64,000 bases of DNA from IMG/VR virus record IMGVR_UViG_3300020044_008989, positions 64,001 to 128,000 of that record. One strand, 5' to 3'. The notes under the pieces are model-generated. The model had not been told where the DNA came from. It searched no databases and was given only the letters and a program-made list of their open reading frames with translations. The translations under genes were made by a program, and so were the position numbers. The DNA comes from an uncultured virus (IMG/VR IMGVR_UViG_3300020044_008989) (Duplodnaviria > Heunggongvirae > Uroviricota > Caudoviricetes). Numbering within the stretch: the stretch's first letter is position 1; the number at the start of each line of letters is the position of its first letter. This document shows positions 19,802-29,175 of the stretch, piece after piece.

Positions 19802-20059
19802 ATGAAATCACTCGGCACTATTTTACCAACGGCCAAAAGTTTAGCTATAAATGACGCTCATTTTGAAAAGGAGCAACGTCTGAATTTTACCTATGCCGAC
19901 AACCATCCACTACTAGGAATTTCACCTAGGGTTTGGGAAAAGGGCGAACATAGGTGGATTATTGCTCCTACTATTTATGCCGTAGTGGGAAATCAAACGG
20001 CAAAATTCTTTGAACGGCGGCATGATGGAGATTATGCAATCAAGTATTCCCCGAAATAA
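19802..20059 (+). CDS. hypothetical protein
   Basis: Promoter at 19768. Confidence 0.6.
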   Translation: MKSLGTILPTAKSLAINDAHFEKEQRLNFTYADNHPLLGISPRVWEKGEHRWIIAPTIYAVVGNQTAKFFERRHDGDYAIKYSPK

Positions 20060-20107
20060 ATACAATTATTTACTTGCGCCGCTTCTAATCTCGGTTTATA
20101 TTCAGAC

Positions 20108-20371
20108 ATGAATCCATTCAGCCTTGCAGAAAAGAAACGCCACAATCTCAGTGATTTGACGAATGAAGAATTCGAGAAAATCGTATTCGCTGGCGCTACC
20201 ATGACAGAGCATCGCGGCCCAAGTGATGCTTTCACGGCTAAGGAAATGCAAACGATTATCAATAGCGACTCGTTTTATTATTTTCCTCAGTATTCTAAAG
20301 ATTTTCTTTGGGCTGCATACGCTAATGAAGCGGACAAAATTCTGGAAAAAGTGCGCGAAAATAACAATTAA
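20108..20371 (+). CDS. hypothetical protein
   Basis: Promoter at 20074. Confidence 0.65.
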   Translation: MNPFSLAEKKRHNLSDLTNEEFEKIVFAGATMTEHRGPSDAFTAKEMQTIINSDSFYYFPQYSKDFLWAAYANEADKILEKVRENNN

Positions 20372-20408
20372 TTCTTGACTGCTGGTTTAATCGTGATATT
20401 GTAACGGT

Positions 20409-20687
20409 ATGAATCAAATCACCCATAACAGAGTTTTCGATTTTGTTGCCAGTGTCGCGCCATATAGTACTATTGTCGGCACGATTTATGGACACGTCAT
20501 TCGCCTAGAGGAAAGAGTCGGCGGACACCTAGGGAAAACCCTTAACGTCCATCCTGGGAAAGATTCATTTCAAAACTGTATGCTTGATTGCAGGGCAATC
20601 GCTACGGATTACGGGCGGAAATTCTCTATTGAATCAGGCGGGAAGGCTATATTTTCCGTTGAAACGGTGGAAATTAAAAAGAAATAA
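20409..20687 (+). CDS. hypothetical protein, paralog of 26080..26310
   Basis: Shared YG.VIRLEER..G.HLGKT.NVH.G.DS...C.LDC.AIA.D.GRK. Confidence 0.75.
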   Translation: MNQITHNRVFDFVASVAPYSTIVGTIYGHVIRLEERVGGHLGKTLNVHPGKDSFQNCMLDCRAIATDYGRKFSIESGGKAIFSVETVEIKKK

Positions 20688-20724
20688 TTGTTGCGCCGCT
20701 TCTTAACTCGCTATATACTAAAGT

Positions 20725-20970
20725 ATGATTAACACAGAAGATGCCACCGCAATTAAAACCGCGCTCTCCCATCTTATCGCCTTAAAAGATGCTCCTGAAA
20801 ATGGGGAATACTTAAATGGCGCGATTAGCCTAGCAGAAAGCTTTCACGCTATGCTCTCTAACCGTGGAGACTCAAAAGCTTATGAGTCTGCATACAATAC
20901 TATAAAAAGCATGGGCAGAAACATGAAAAGTCTGAAAATAGACCGCGAAAATAATTCCAAAAATCATTAA
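20725..20970 (+). CDS. hypothetical protein
   Basis: Promoter at 20691. Confidence 0.6.
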   Translation: MINTEDATAIKTALSHLIALKDAPENGEYLNGAISLAESFHAMLSNRGDSKAYESAYNTIKSMGRNMKSLKIDRENNSKNH

Positions 20971-21010
20971 TTAATTCTTGACGCGCTCTTATAACCCGCT
21001 ATATTAAACC

Positions 21011-21649
21011 ATGAAGAAAAACCCATCCCCTAAACTCGGCCTCCGCATCTCAAGTGAAACGTCAAACGGTTACAAGCATCTGTCTTTTCAGCTTTTGAAG
21101 CGCAAAGAGTATAGCGAGACTGACATGGAAGAAATGTTCGTTATTCGCTTTCAAAGCGATAGCGAGAATAAAGGATGGTACGCTATGCGGACTACCGTAG
21201 AAACGTCTGGAAACGCCGTTAATCACCTCTCTGAAGCTCTGAAGCTCATTAAAAAGCTCACGCCAGAAAATACGTACGACGAAACGCCAGACACGATTCT
21301 GGCGAAATGCGCTGAGTTGAAAATTGCACGGGTTGAATATGATTCGCGCTTGTCTCAATTCATTACAGAAAAGGACTGCCCTGATGTGTCTTTGACTAGG
21401 TGGATGGATGGGTACTTGCATTACAATCGTAGTTATGGATGTAGCGTTGCTACCCTTGCCCGTGATGAAATTGATGCGCGAAATAAAATCGCTAAGGAGT
21501 TTGCCGAGAATGTTGCCCAAGGATATTCCCTAGAGACTTTCGAGAAATGGATCGCGGCAGGGAAACCCGTAGAAGAAAACCGTGGTTCAATTTATGATGC
21601 TGCTCGTTTCGCTCCGATTGAATCAGTGATGGAGCCGCTAAATAAATGA
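21011..21649 (+). CDS. hypothetical protein
   Basis: 212 aa; promoter at 20978. Confidence 0.7.
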   Translation: MKKNPSPKLGLRISSETSNGYKHLSFQLLKRKEYSETDMEEMFVIRFQSDSENKGWYAMRTTVETSGNAVNHLSEALKLIKKLTPENTYDETPDTILAKCAELKIARVEYDSRLSQFITEKDCPDVSLTRWMDGYLHYNRSYGCSVATLARDEIDARNKIAKEFAENVAQGYSLETFEKWIAAGKPVEENRGSIYDAARFAPIESVMEPLNK

Positions 21650-21691
21650 AAATAATTGTTGCGCCCCTTTGTTTCTGGCTTATAGTCTCTC

Positions 21692-22063
21692 ATGCAACTA
21701 AAGAATCAAACGACAAGGGGCGCAAAGATGCTTGAAATGAACGGCGATACTTACGCCCTTCGCAAGAATGTGATGGATGTGATCTATCGGGCAAAGAAAC
21801 TTGTTGACATTCCTCGCATCGAAGTGCGGATTGTCGAAACCCGTCCCTGCAATATGGGATACGCCTACTTAGGGAAAAACATTATCCACATAGGCGCAAA
21901 GTATGCCAGCAATCAGGGAAGTATGCTGGATTCCCTAGTCCTGCATGAAATTGTCCATGCCGTGAAATCGGCAAAGCATGATGAGAGTTGCCCACTGATG
22001 GGGACTTCCTATAAGGAATTTTCTGATGCGATTGTTTGGGACGCATTCAAGAAATATTTCTGA
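21692..22063 (+). CDS. small zinc metalloprotease-like protein
   Basis: VLHEIVHAVKSAKHDESCPLM (HExxH...H plus Met-turn-like LM). Confidence 0.65.
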   Translation: MQLKNQTTRGAKMLEMNGDTYALRKNVMDVIYRAKKLVDIPRIEVRIVETRPCNMGYAYLGKNIIHIGAKYASNQGSMLDSLVLHEIVHAVKSAKHDESCPLMGTSYKEFSDAIVWDAFKKYF

Positions 22064-22104
22064 TTAATTACTTGCGCGGCAATTAATTTGTGTTATAGTG
22101 ATTT

Positions 22105-22419
22105 ATGAACAAACAAGACGCTCTCAACAAGTGGCAAAAAGCTGTCAAACTTCGCTTCCATGATTCGCTCGAAAAATGGAAAAACGCCTTTCCGACAACT
22201 GAAAGTTTCGCGCAGTTTTACGAGGATACAAAAAACCTTTCTTGGCCTGAAAACTATGGGCAGTCTCCTATGGATGACGCTTTTGACATTGCTTATTATC
22301 TTAGGAATGGAATCTCAGAAACGTCTAAGAAATTTTACGCCGAAAACTTAGATTCTTTCTGGATCAAACAGAAAGGCGAAAAAATGGATTACTACGGTAT
22401 AAAGTGGAGAATAATTTAA
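22105..22419 (+). CDS. hypothetical protein
   Basis: Promoter at 22072. Confidence 0.65.
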   Translation: MNKQDALNKWQKAVKLRFHDSLEKWKNAFPTTESFAQFYEDTKNLSWPENYGQSPMDDAFDIAYYLRNGISETSKKFYAENLDSFWIKQKGEKMDYYGIKWRII

Positions 22420-22472
22420 ATTAATTTGATTCGCCGCTTGACTTGTCTCTTAATCTTTGGTATCGTAACAGT

Positions 22473-22670
22473 ATGAAAGAATCCTTCTCAACAATCAATG
22501 ATTGGAACTCATTTTATGATCGTCTCGCCCTTATGGGAAGTGCGGCAACAAATTGGAAAGTTGAGCTTGACAAAAGTTCTCGCTTGACAACCAAAAAGTT
22601 CCTTTATATAATAGCAAACGGTGAAAGCTGGAAGTTTGACCGAAAAAACAAATCCTTTTCTAGTAATTAA
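22473..22670 (+). CDS. hypothetical protein
   Basis: Start moved to ATG 22473. Confidence 0.5.
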   Translation: MKESFSTINDWNSFYDRLALMGSAATNWKVELDKSSRLTTKKFLYIIANGESWKFDRKNKSFSSN

Positions 22671-22716
22671 TTTAAATTATTACTTGCGCCGTCTCTGAAA
22701 TCTGATATATTGAAAC

Positions 22717-22965
22717 ATGAAAGCAATCGCCCCCAGATCGTATGACTTTTTATTTTCCATTGAAACTGATTGCGATGGATGGTATGGGGAAATCTGCCGA
22801 AATAATCCAGTTGATTCTGATTGTTTTAGCGAGCTAGCAGAAATGAAAGGCTATCCTAGGAACAACGAGTGGAAACCTCTTGACATGAAAACTTTCTGGT
22901 TGTTTTGGGATGGCAAAATAACGCCAACGCACGAAAGAATTAAAAACAAATACTTGCGGCGCTAA
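22717..22965 (+). CDS. hypothetical protein
   Basis: Promoter at 22684. Confidence 0.6.
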   Translation: MKAIAPRSYDFLFSIETDCDGWYGEICRNNPVDSDCFSELAEMKGYPRNNEWKPLDMKTFWLFWDGKITPTHERIKNKYLRR

Positions 22966-23863
22966 TGAATGGTAATTCAGGAATAGAAAAGCTTTCGCCG
23001 CTCTTTCTGTAATTAAATAATCACATTCATCCTTGACAAGTTGACAGAAAACCATTAGATTAATCCCATGAACAAACAAGATTACGCTGATAAATGGTCA
23101 TCGAATGAGTGGCAAAAACTTTGCAAGAGTGACGATTTCGTGTCAGCATTTTGGTGGAATGATTTTGAACATGCGGATAAAATTGCCAACGAACTTTTGA
23201 GGATGTAATACCTTGACGATCAACGCATTAGAGCGGCAGCTGATGGGCGTTGTTTTTGTCTTTTTCTGCAAATAAGCAGGGAGAGATATAGGAATAGACT
23301 ATAGGAGTAATAGAGAGAATAAACAAAGCAAACTTGCCTAGTCGATTCACTTACGCCTAAACGTTATAACATCCTTGTCTTTTATCTCTGATTAATAATC
23401 ACTTGCAAAATGCAACTAACTTTTTTAATCGCGCCTAAGAATGTTAGTCCAGCCTAAGTTTGTGCGAAAAACAATCAAACAAATCTTGACGGCTCGAAAT
23501 AACCTGATATAGTATCAATCACAAACCGTTAATAACCAACAAACTACAATGATTACCCTCGAAGCAATGCACCACGGCAAAAAAGTCGATTCCATGTCCT
23601 TTACCGAAAGAAGCTCGAAAGAGGGGCGTGATTTAACTGGTAAAGAAATGACCGAATGGAAAGAAAAAATCAAAAACCAGTTTGACAATGTGGAGTTTGA
23701 CCTATACTTTGACTAATCACAAAAGTATCACGTTCCACAAAAAAGTGTTATTTTTACTAGGGTTTTATAAAGGTTTTTAGGCATTTTCCCGTGGAACAAA
23801 TGTTATTGTGATAAATAAGCAAGTTTTAGTTGACGGCGTGAAATAATCTGATATATTCCCTAT

Positions 23864-24064
23864 ATGAAAATAATCATGACAGTCCACCACGGCGAAACAA
23901 ATCACGAAATTGTTCGCGGCGAAACTTTTGAAGAATGCCTCTCGTATCTTTCTCACACTAATCTCTATAAAGGATACGGCCCCTCCCTAGAAGCAATGAA
24001 AGAATTAAAGGAGCATAAACAATTTTCCTACGGATGGGCGGACTATTCCATCATTGAAGAATAA
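23864..24064 (+). CDS. hypothetical protein
   Basis: Promoter at 23830. Confidence 0.6.
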   Translation: MKIIMTVHHGETNHEIVRGETFEECLSYLSHTNLYKGYGPSLEAMKELKEHKQFSYGWADYSIIEE

Positions 24065-24111
24065 TTTCAGAAAATACTTGCGCCGCTCAAATAATTAGCT
24101 TATATTCTCCC

Positions 24112-24306
24112 ATGAACGCACAAGCTCACCTCTCTAATCTTGAAACTCAGCTAAATTTTATCCTTGAACATATCAGGGATTCAAAATGCCCTTTTTCGGG
24201 AAATTTTGTAGAACGCCGCGAAGAAATTGAAAAACACGCACGCGCCGCGAAAAAATCGTTTGACTGGTTAGACAATTGTGCCGTCATAAAAGATGCGCAA
24301 AATTAA
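24112..24306 (+). CDS. hypothetical protein
   Basis: Promoter at 24078. Confidence 0.6.
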   Translation: MNAQAHLSNLETQLNFILEHIRDSKCPFSGNFVERREEIEKHARAAKKSFDWLDNCAVIKDAQN

Positions 24307-24349
24307 AAAACAACTTGCGCCCCACAAAATAACCTGCTATATTAAAAAC

Positions 24350-24622
24350 ATGAACAAAGAACCATCCTCCCCTAAGTCCATGACCTGCAAAATTTGGTCC
24401 TGCGACAATACCAAAGCTAAGAAAAACAACTGGCATTTCGCGCCGAAAAAACTGCGCGGGCAAGTGTCGGAAATCGCCCCTAAGATCAAATCCCTAGGCG
24501 TGGGAAGTAAGACCTATAAGCTCGGTCCTTACGAGGGAAGTCTGGAAGAACTTAAGGAATTCGCCCGTATGAAGGGCATGTCTTCCCTAAGTCTCGGATG
24601 CGTAAAGATTAAGGTGGCATAG
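24350..24622 (+). CDS. hypothetical basic protein
   Basis: Promoter at 24314; ATG 24350. Confidence 0.6.
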   Translation: MNKEPSSPKSMTCKIWSCDNTKAKKNNWHFAPKKLRGQVSEIAPKIKSLGVGSKTYKLGPYEGSLEELKEFARMKGMSSLSLGCVKIKVA

Positions 24623-24637
24623 GAAAAACCCCTAAGA

Positions 24638-24733
24638 GAGCACCTAGGTTAGCAACCTAGGTGTTCTTTGCACTCCGCAAACTTTTAAACGAGGGGTCCA
24701 TGTACACTATAGAGATAAAATCACTGAACGCAA
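24638..24733 (-). other. micro-transcript unit 1: promoter + MDPSFKSLRSAKNT* + CCTAGG hairpin
   Basis: -35 TTGCGT 24733-28, -10 TATAGT 24711-06, ATG 24701, stop 24657, hairpin 24641-24663. Confidence 0.65.
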
Positions 24734-25029
24734 GTAAAAAATAAAAATAAATTCGCGGCGAGAAAAGAGTAATTATTGCTTGATTAGTGTCTGGGCTCTG
24801 GTATATTAAACCTATGAATCCCCCATCACATCCCGTCTCTGATTTGATCATCAAAATTTTGAGCACCAATAACGGCTATTTGTTCGCGCCCTCAGAAAAA
24901 GAAATTGACATCGCCAAATCCCACCCGACAGTGTTTCTTCACGTTTACAACCAGAATCAGGAATTTTTCCCGCATAAAATTTCTCTAAAATAAACTTGCG
25001 CGGCAAATAAATCTGTGGTATAGTATCTT

Positions 25030-25239
25030 ATGAAACAACTAATCGCCCTCGCTAACGACAACCTTGTAATGGAACCCTTGGATGCACTCGCTACAGCTTG
25101 CGCCATCCTAGGCGGGAACATTGAAGCTCCTAGTATTTATCAGGATGACAGCGATGAACTCTATAGGGAAGTCTCCTATGATGGTAAGAAATTTCCCGTG
25201 TCCTATAGCGGCGAGCAGTGGGAAAGCGGCTGGATTTAA
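25030..25239 (+). CDS. hypothetical protein
   Basis: Promoter at 24995. Confidence 0.6.
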   Translation: MKQLIALANDNLVMEPLDALATACAILGGNIEAPSIYQDDSDELYREVSYDGKKFPVSYSGEQWESGWI

Positions 25240-25250
25240 AATAAAACCAC

Positions 25251-25467
25251 TTGACAGCGCGGAAGTCCCGCGCTATATTGTCCCAGCGAACAACTTCAGC
25301 TAGGGCGGCAAAAAAGGCCCGCGAATACCCTAGGTAGAATTTGCAGACGCTTAATTTTAAGGGATGGCAACTTGACGTTTAGACTAGTACGTGTTCCCTT
25401 AGACTTATCTGTCTAGGACTCTCGCCCCTCAGTACATACAAGATAGAGAGAAAATGAGGCCGCGCAA
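25251..25467. ncRNA. ORF-less segment between convergent promoters; candidate sense/antisense sRNA
   Basis: + TTGACA(25251)..TATATT(25274); - TTGCGC(25467)..TATCTT(25445); internal helices. Confidence 0.55.
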
Positions 25468-25548
25468 CTATTAATTGATATTATTTTTACGCGGCGAAAA
25501 AAAGAGATTGGCCGTTGACAGAGAGATTATTCTGTGATATTGTAAACC

Positions 25549-25782
25549 ATGAAACGCTACACACACAAAGCACTCGAATCAGACGTTGAAGCTCTTAACG
25601 CTAAGCTGGCGGAGAAAGGCCATTCTATGCGCTTCATGGTGGGCGCTCGTTATGGGTACTCGGCTATTGACCTCGCTACGGTTGAACAATTGGCGCGGCA
25701 TTGCTGCCAGCGTAATCTTGACAGCGGTACGCCTCGTGAATGTCTCGCCGCTTGCCATTCTTACATGGCCAATAATTTGTGA
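25549..25782 (+). CDS. hypothetical protein
   Basis: Promoter at 25516. Confidence 0.65.
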   Translation: MKRYTHKALESDVEALNAKLAEKGHSMRFMVGARYGYSAIDLATVEQLARHCCQRNLDSGTPRECLAACHSYMANNL

Positions 25783-25823
25783 AAACAGCTTGCGCATCTC
25801 TTAACCCTCGCCTATATTATTCC

Positions 25824-25982
25824 ATGCTTACAAGAAAAACATTCATCGCCGTCGCCGCCACCGTTTTAGCCATCGCCGATAAAAACGAGCGCGAAAAACA
25901 GGCAAATTTCCAAGCTCAAATTTTCGCCGCCAGCAATCCCCGATTTGACAAGGCTCGTTTCCTTTCCGCTTGTGGACTCTAA
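25824..25982 (+). CDS. small phage protein (NPRFD.ARFL.AC type)
   Basis: MLTRKTFIAVA...SNPRFDKARFLSACGL. Confidence 0.7.
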   Translation: MLTRKTFIAVAATVLAIADKNEREKQANFQAQIFAASNPRFDKARFLSACGL

Positions 25983-26079
25983 GAAAAACCCATGATTATT
26001 CTACTGATTATAATCGGCGCTCTCGTTTTAAAGTGAAGAAAAAACTTGCGGGCGAAAATATTCTGTGATATAATAAGCC

Positions 26080-26310
26080 ATGACACAAATCGCTTACAAT
26101 CAAGTCACCGACTTTCTTCAATCTCTGCGAGAAAATAGCTCAGTTTGCATTGAAAAATACGGTTACGTCATTCGCCTAGAAGAGCGGCTCGACGGAGGCT
26201 CTCACCTAGGGAAAACTATTAACGTACATCTTGGCAATGATTCGTTGAACAATTGTCTTTTGGATTGCGAGGCTATCGCGAAAGATAGTGGAAGAAAATT
26301 GACAAAATAA
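26080..26310 (+). CDS. hypothetical protein, paralog of 20409..20687
   Basis: See paralog; promoter at 26046. Confidence 0.75.
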   Translation: MTQIAYNQVTDFLQSLRENSSVCIEKYGYVIRLEERLDGGSHLGKTINVHLGNDSLNNCLLDCEAIAKDSGRKLTK

Positions 26311-26345
26311 CTTGCGGCCCATTAATTTCTCTGCTACATTCTCCC

Positions 26346-26534
26346 ATGACAACTCAAAAACAAATCCGAGATTCTTTCTGGGAAATCAATGAACAATGGG
26401 CCGACGCCAGACGTTCGCGTAAAACCCATAATGACTACAATTCAACAATCCGATGCGCGTTTGTCGATTATGTGGATTCCCTAGCCAAAAGCGGGAAAAT
26501 CTCTGAAAAGCTTGCAGATAGAGTGACGCTTTAA
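26346..26534 (+). CDS. small phage protein (TTQKQIR...R.AFVDYVDSL type)
   Basis: Recognisable motif; promoter at 26312. Confidence 0.7.
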   Translation: MTTQKQIRDSFWEINEQWADARRSRKTHNDYNSTIRCAFVDYVDSLAKSGKISEKLADRVTL

Positions 26535-26542
26535 TAACTTTC

Positions 26543-26624
26543 CCTAGTATGGCGTAATTGGTAGCCGCCACCCGCTTAAGACGGGTGATCGAAAGGTGTC
26601 TCGGTTCGAGTCCGAGTACTAGGA
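26543..26624 (+). tRNA. tRNA-Leu(UAA)
   Basis: Acceptor CCTAGTA/TACTAGG, anticodon arm ACCCG-CTTAAGA-CGGGT, long variable arm, T arm CTCGG-TTCGAGT-CCGAG; CCA not encoded. Confidence 0.9.
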
Positions 26625-26635
26625 CTTTCCCTTAT

Positions 26636-26712
26636 GTTCCTGTAGCTCAATTGTATAGAGCGCCGTCCTTCTAAGACGGGGGTTATAGGTTAGAATCCTA
26701 TCAGGAACGCCA
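26636..26712 (+). tRNA. tRNA-Arg(UCU)
   Basis: Acceptor GTTCCTG/CAGGAAC, anticodon arm CCGTC-CTTCTAA-GACGG, T arm ATAGG-TTAGAAT-CCTAT, encoded CCA. Confidence 0.9.
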
Positions 26713-26768
26713 GTTTAAAAACTGAAAAAATCAGTTGCGCCCCATAATTTTCTGGTTTATTGTTCCCC

Positions 26769-27014
26769 ATGAAAATTCCCCACTACGACAAGCGAGACGG
26801 CCAAAAAGATTCGGCCCTTGGATTTAAAACGATTCGTGAAATCATGGGCTTGCCATGGAATCGCGGCCTTTCGCGCTGCATTGAAGGATGTTCGCTGGAT
26901 CACAAAAAAGAACTCTCCCGCCTAAAAAGAGAAGCAAAAAAGAACGGCGAAACAATTCTCGCAACTATTTTTCACAACTACGCGGCGGAAATTTTGGTGG
27001 AAAATACAAATTGA
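26769..27014 (+). CDS. hypothetical protein
   Basis: Promoter at 26735; ATG 26769. Confidence 0.6.
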   Translation: MKIPHYDKRDGQKDSALGFKTIREIMGLPWNRGLSRCIEGCSLDHKKELSRLKREAKKNGETILATIFHNYAAEILVENTN

Positions 27015-27051
27015 TACTTGCGTGGCGAAAAATAATCCGCTATATTGTTAC

Positions 27052-27237
27052 ATGAAAAAACAATACGGGACATTTACAAAAGAGGCCGATGGGCGCTTGT
27101 CTGGTCATGTCATTATTATTAATTCAGTGAGGAAAGATGGAAAGTACGCAGTAACGCACGCTTTCGCTACTAGCGGGAAAAGAATCAACAAAGTGTACAC
27201 AAAAGAGCAACTAGAGGAACAAATCAGCAAAATCTAG
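27052..27237 (+). CDS. hypothetical protein
   Basis: Promoter near 27018; ATG 27052. Confidence 0.55.
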   Translation: MKKQYGTFTKEADGRLSGHVIIINSVRKDGKYAVTHAFATSGKRINKVYTKEQLEEQISKI

Positions 27238-27439
27238 TTGCGCGCCCTTCTAATCTCTGCTATATTTTCCCATGCAAACAACTCCCCTCTTCAAAGTCGT
27301 TAAAGTCATGCGAGTCTCAGGCCGCCGTCAAATCTTAGAGAAAAATCTCACTGAGTCGGAAGCCCAAAGGTGCGTGGGGAGATTCCCTAATTCGTCGCGG
27401 TCAATGGTCGTGTATTTCCGACAGTAATACCTAGTCCAA

Positions 27440-27543
27440 CCACCTAGTCAGAGCCTAAGAACTTTGACTAGGAAATTTTGCGCCCGAATATTTTTTAAAC
27501 GAAGGGTCCATGCTAACATATCACAGAATAATTCCAGAATCAA
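27440..27543 (-). other. micro-transcript unit 2: promoter + MDPSFKKYSGAKFPSQSS* + CCTAG hairpin
   Basis: -35 TTGATT 27543-38, -10 TATGTT 27520-15, ATG 27511, stop 27455. Confidence 0.65.
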
Positions 27544-27622
27544 GAAAAAAGAAAATTAATTTTTCGGTGCGAAAAATAGATTCGCCGCTTGACAGTCTAA
27601 ACTTTATCTTGTATATTCTCCC

Positions 27623-27856
27623 ATGAACATTCCAGAAACGTTTGCTAACAAAGGATGTATTTTAAATCCAGAAAACATTGCATCATGGGTTAAAGAGGAA
27701 ATTGACGCTTTCGGCATTAAAAAAGCAAAACAAATTTTCTCTGAAAGGGCTGACAGGGTTAAAGCCTTGATTCCTGATTGGGTTAAATACGTTTCGGCTA
27801 GTTTTGAGCCTTTCTATTGGCAAGCTGAAAAAATGTGGAGAGACGCAGCAAAATAA
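27623..27856 (+). CDS. hypothetical protein
   Basis: Promoter at 27589. Confidence 0.65.
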   Translation: MNIPETFANKGCILNPENIASWVKEEIDAFGIKKAKQIFSERADRVKALIPDWVKYVSASFEPFYWQAEKMWRDAAK

Positions 27857-27892
27857 TTTGCATTCATTTAATCCCTCGCCTATAGTACCAGC

Positions 27893-28102
27893 ATGAACAA
27901 AATCATCACCTCTTATTTTCGCCCGAATAATCTTGTTGCTACTGAAATTGAAAATATTTCTCCGCGTGTTTTTGCTCTTATGAAAAACATTTCAGAAAAT
28001 TTCTATGATTTTAATAACGGCGAAAGGCGGAGATTCGAACATCGTGACCTAGGCACTAAGGAAAATATGGAAAAATTGTTTTCTGACCTAGAAGCGGCCT
28101 AA
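27893..28102 (+). CDS. hypothetical protein
   Basis: Promoter at 27858. Confidence 0.6.
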   Translation: MNKIITSYFRPNNLVATEIENISPRVFALMKNISENFYDFNNGERRRFEHRDLGTKENMEKLFSDLEAA

Positions 28103-28289
28103 ATAACTTTCTTATGAGTGACTTCGACAAATATATGATTTCCCTAGGTTATCGCCTACATGAAAATGGGCAAACTTGGATTTCATGGTAAACTTTCTTA
28201 AACACCAAATACTATAGCGTCCTAAGAACCAATGGCGCGTGAATAGGTTATTCTCCTAGGGTCAAAAGCTCTAGGGGATTTTTGCTCGC

Positions 28290-28380
28290 CGCAGGGCATC
28301 CCTACGGGATAATCTTAGGGGTGTTTCTTAACACAATGAAGCGTCCATGTACAATATACAGAATAATTTGCCGCTGTCAA
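28290..28380 (-). other. micro-transcript unit 3: promoter + MDASLC*
   Basis: -35 TTGACA 28380-75, -10 TATATT, ATG 28348, stop 28328. Confidence 0.55.
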
Positions 28381-28458
28381 ATTAAAAACAAAAAAATATT
28401 TCGGAGCAAAAAACCAACAATTAACTTGTTTATATTCTGGGATATGGTAGATTGATTC

Positions 28459-28713
28459 ATGCAAACAAAACAAATCTTCCCGTGGAATGTCAAAATCGGT
28501 GACGTACTTGTGATGGGCGGGCCTTATGGCGGCGAGTCAAATTCTGAGATTATTGCGATCCAGAAAGGGCGCGCTCATTTTTTCCGCGCCACTAAATGGA
28601 CGTTTTTTGTAAAGGAGCCGCTTTACATGACCAAGCAATTTTCCTACTATGGCAAATTCATGGCGCAAGGTTTACAGCATGAAGCTGAAAAAGTTAAAAT
28701 TTTGAAGAAATAA
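28459..28713 (+). CDS. hypothetical protein
   Basis: Promoter-associated ORF. Confidence 0.6.
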   Translation: MQTKQIFPWNVKIGDVLVMGGPYGGESNSEIIAIQKGRAHFFRATKWTFFVKEPLYMTKQFSYYGKFMAQGLQHEAEKVKILKK

Positions 28714-28748
28714 TTTGCGCGCCCCTCTTTTCTCGCCATATTAACAAT

Positions 28749-28991
28749 ATGAATCACGACACACTCTGGCAAGCCATGAATCAAGTGGAGAAAGAACTCT
28801 CAGAATCCCGCGCCATCCCTGCGGAAGATTGGGCTGAGAAATTCTCCTACGGGGGAATTCCCTACGGCACTAGGAAAGAGGCGCATTTCCCCCTGCTCTC
28901 CTACAAGGGCAAGCCTACGAAAAAATACGGGCACGTCGTAATCGAAAGGCTTGATCGTGGCACCTATGAGGTGGTGGTGTATTGCCTGTAG
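28749..28991 (+). CDS. hypothetical phage protein
   Basis: C-terminal IERLDRGTYEVVVY motif; promoter at 28715. Confidence 0.65.
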   Translation: MNHDTLWQAMNQVEKELSESRAIPAEDWAEKFSYGGIPYGTRKEAHFPLLSYKGKPTKKYGHVVIERLDRGTYEVVVYCL

Positions 28992-29002
28992 TAGTAAGAT
29001 TA

Positions 29003-29095
29003 ATCCCTAGGGTAGTGCCTAGGGAATTTTTTCACGCAAAAAGCTTTTAAACTTGGGGTCCATGTACAATATACTGACAAAACATTCGGGCGCAA
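29003..29095 (-). other. micro-transcript unit 4: promoter + MDPKFKSFLREKIP* + CCCTAGG hairpin
   Basis: -35 TTGCGC 29095-90, -10 TATATT, ATG 29063, stop 29019. Confidence 0.65.
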
Positions 29096-29175
29096 GTATT
29101 AATTTCATATAATTTCCAGAATTAAACTTTGTAGAATAAGCTTGATTAATGTTTAGACCCTGATACTGTACCAGC

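Noticed and set aside
10922-22470. ORF-track TTG/GTG starts at 10922, 13626, 19038, 22443 and similar
   Set aside because: They fall within promoter -35 boxes or spacers; the downstream ATG at the predicted +1 fits better.
23733-23800. parS centromere site
   Set aside because: Half-sites are separated by about 55 bp rather than forming the contiguous 16-bp palindrome.
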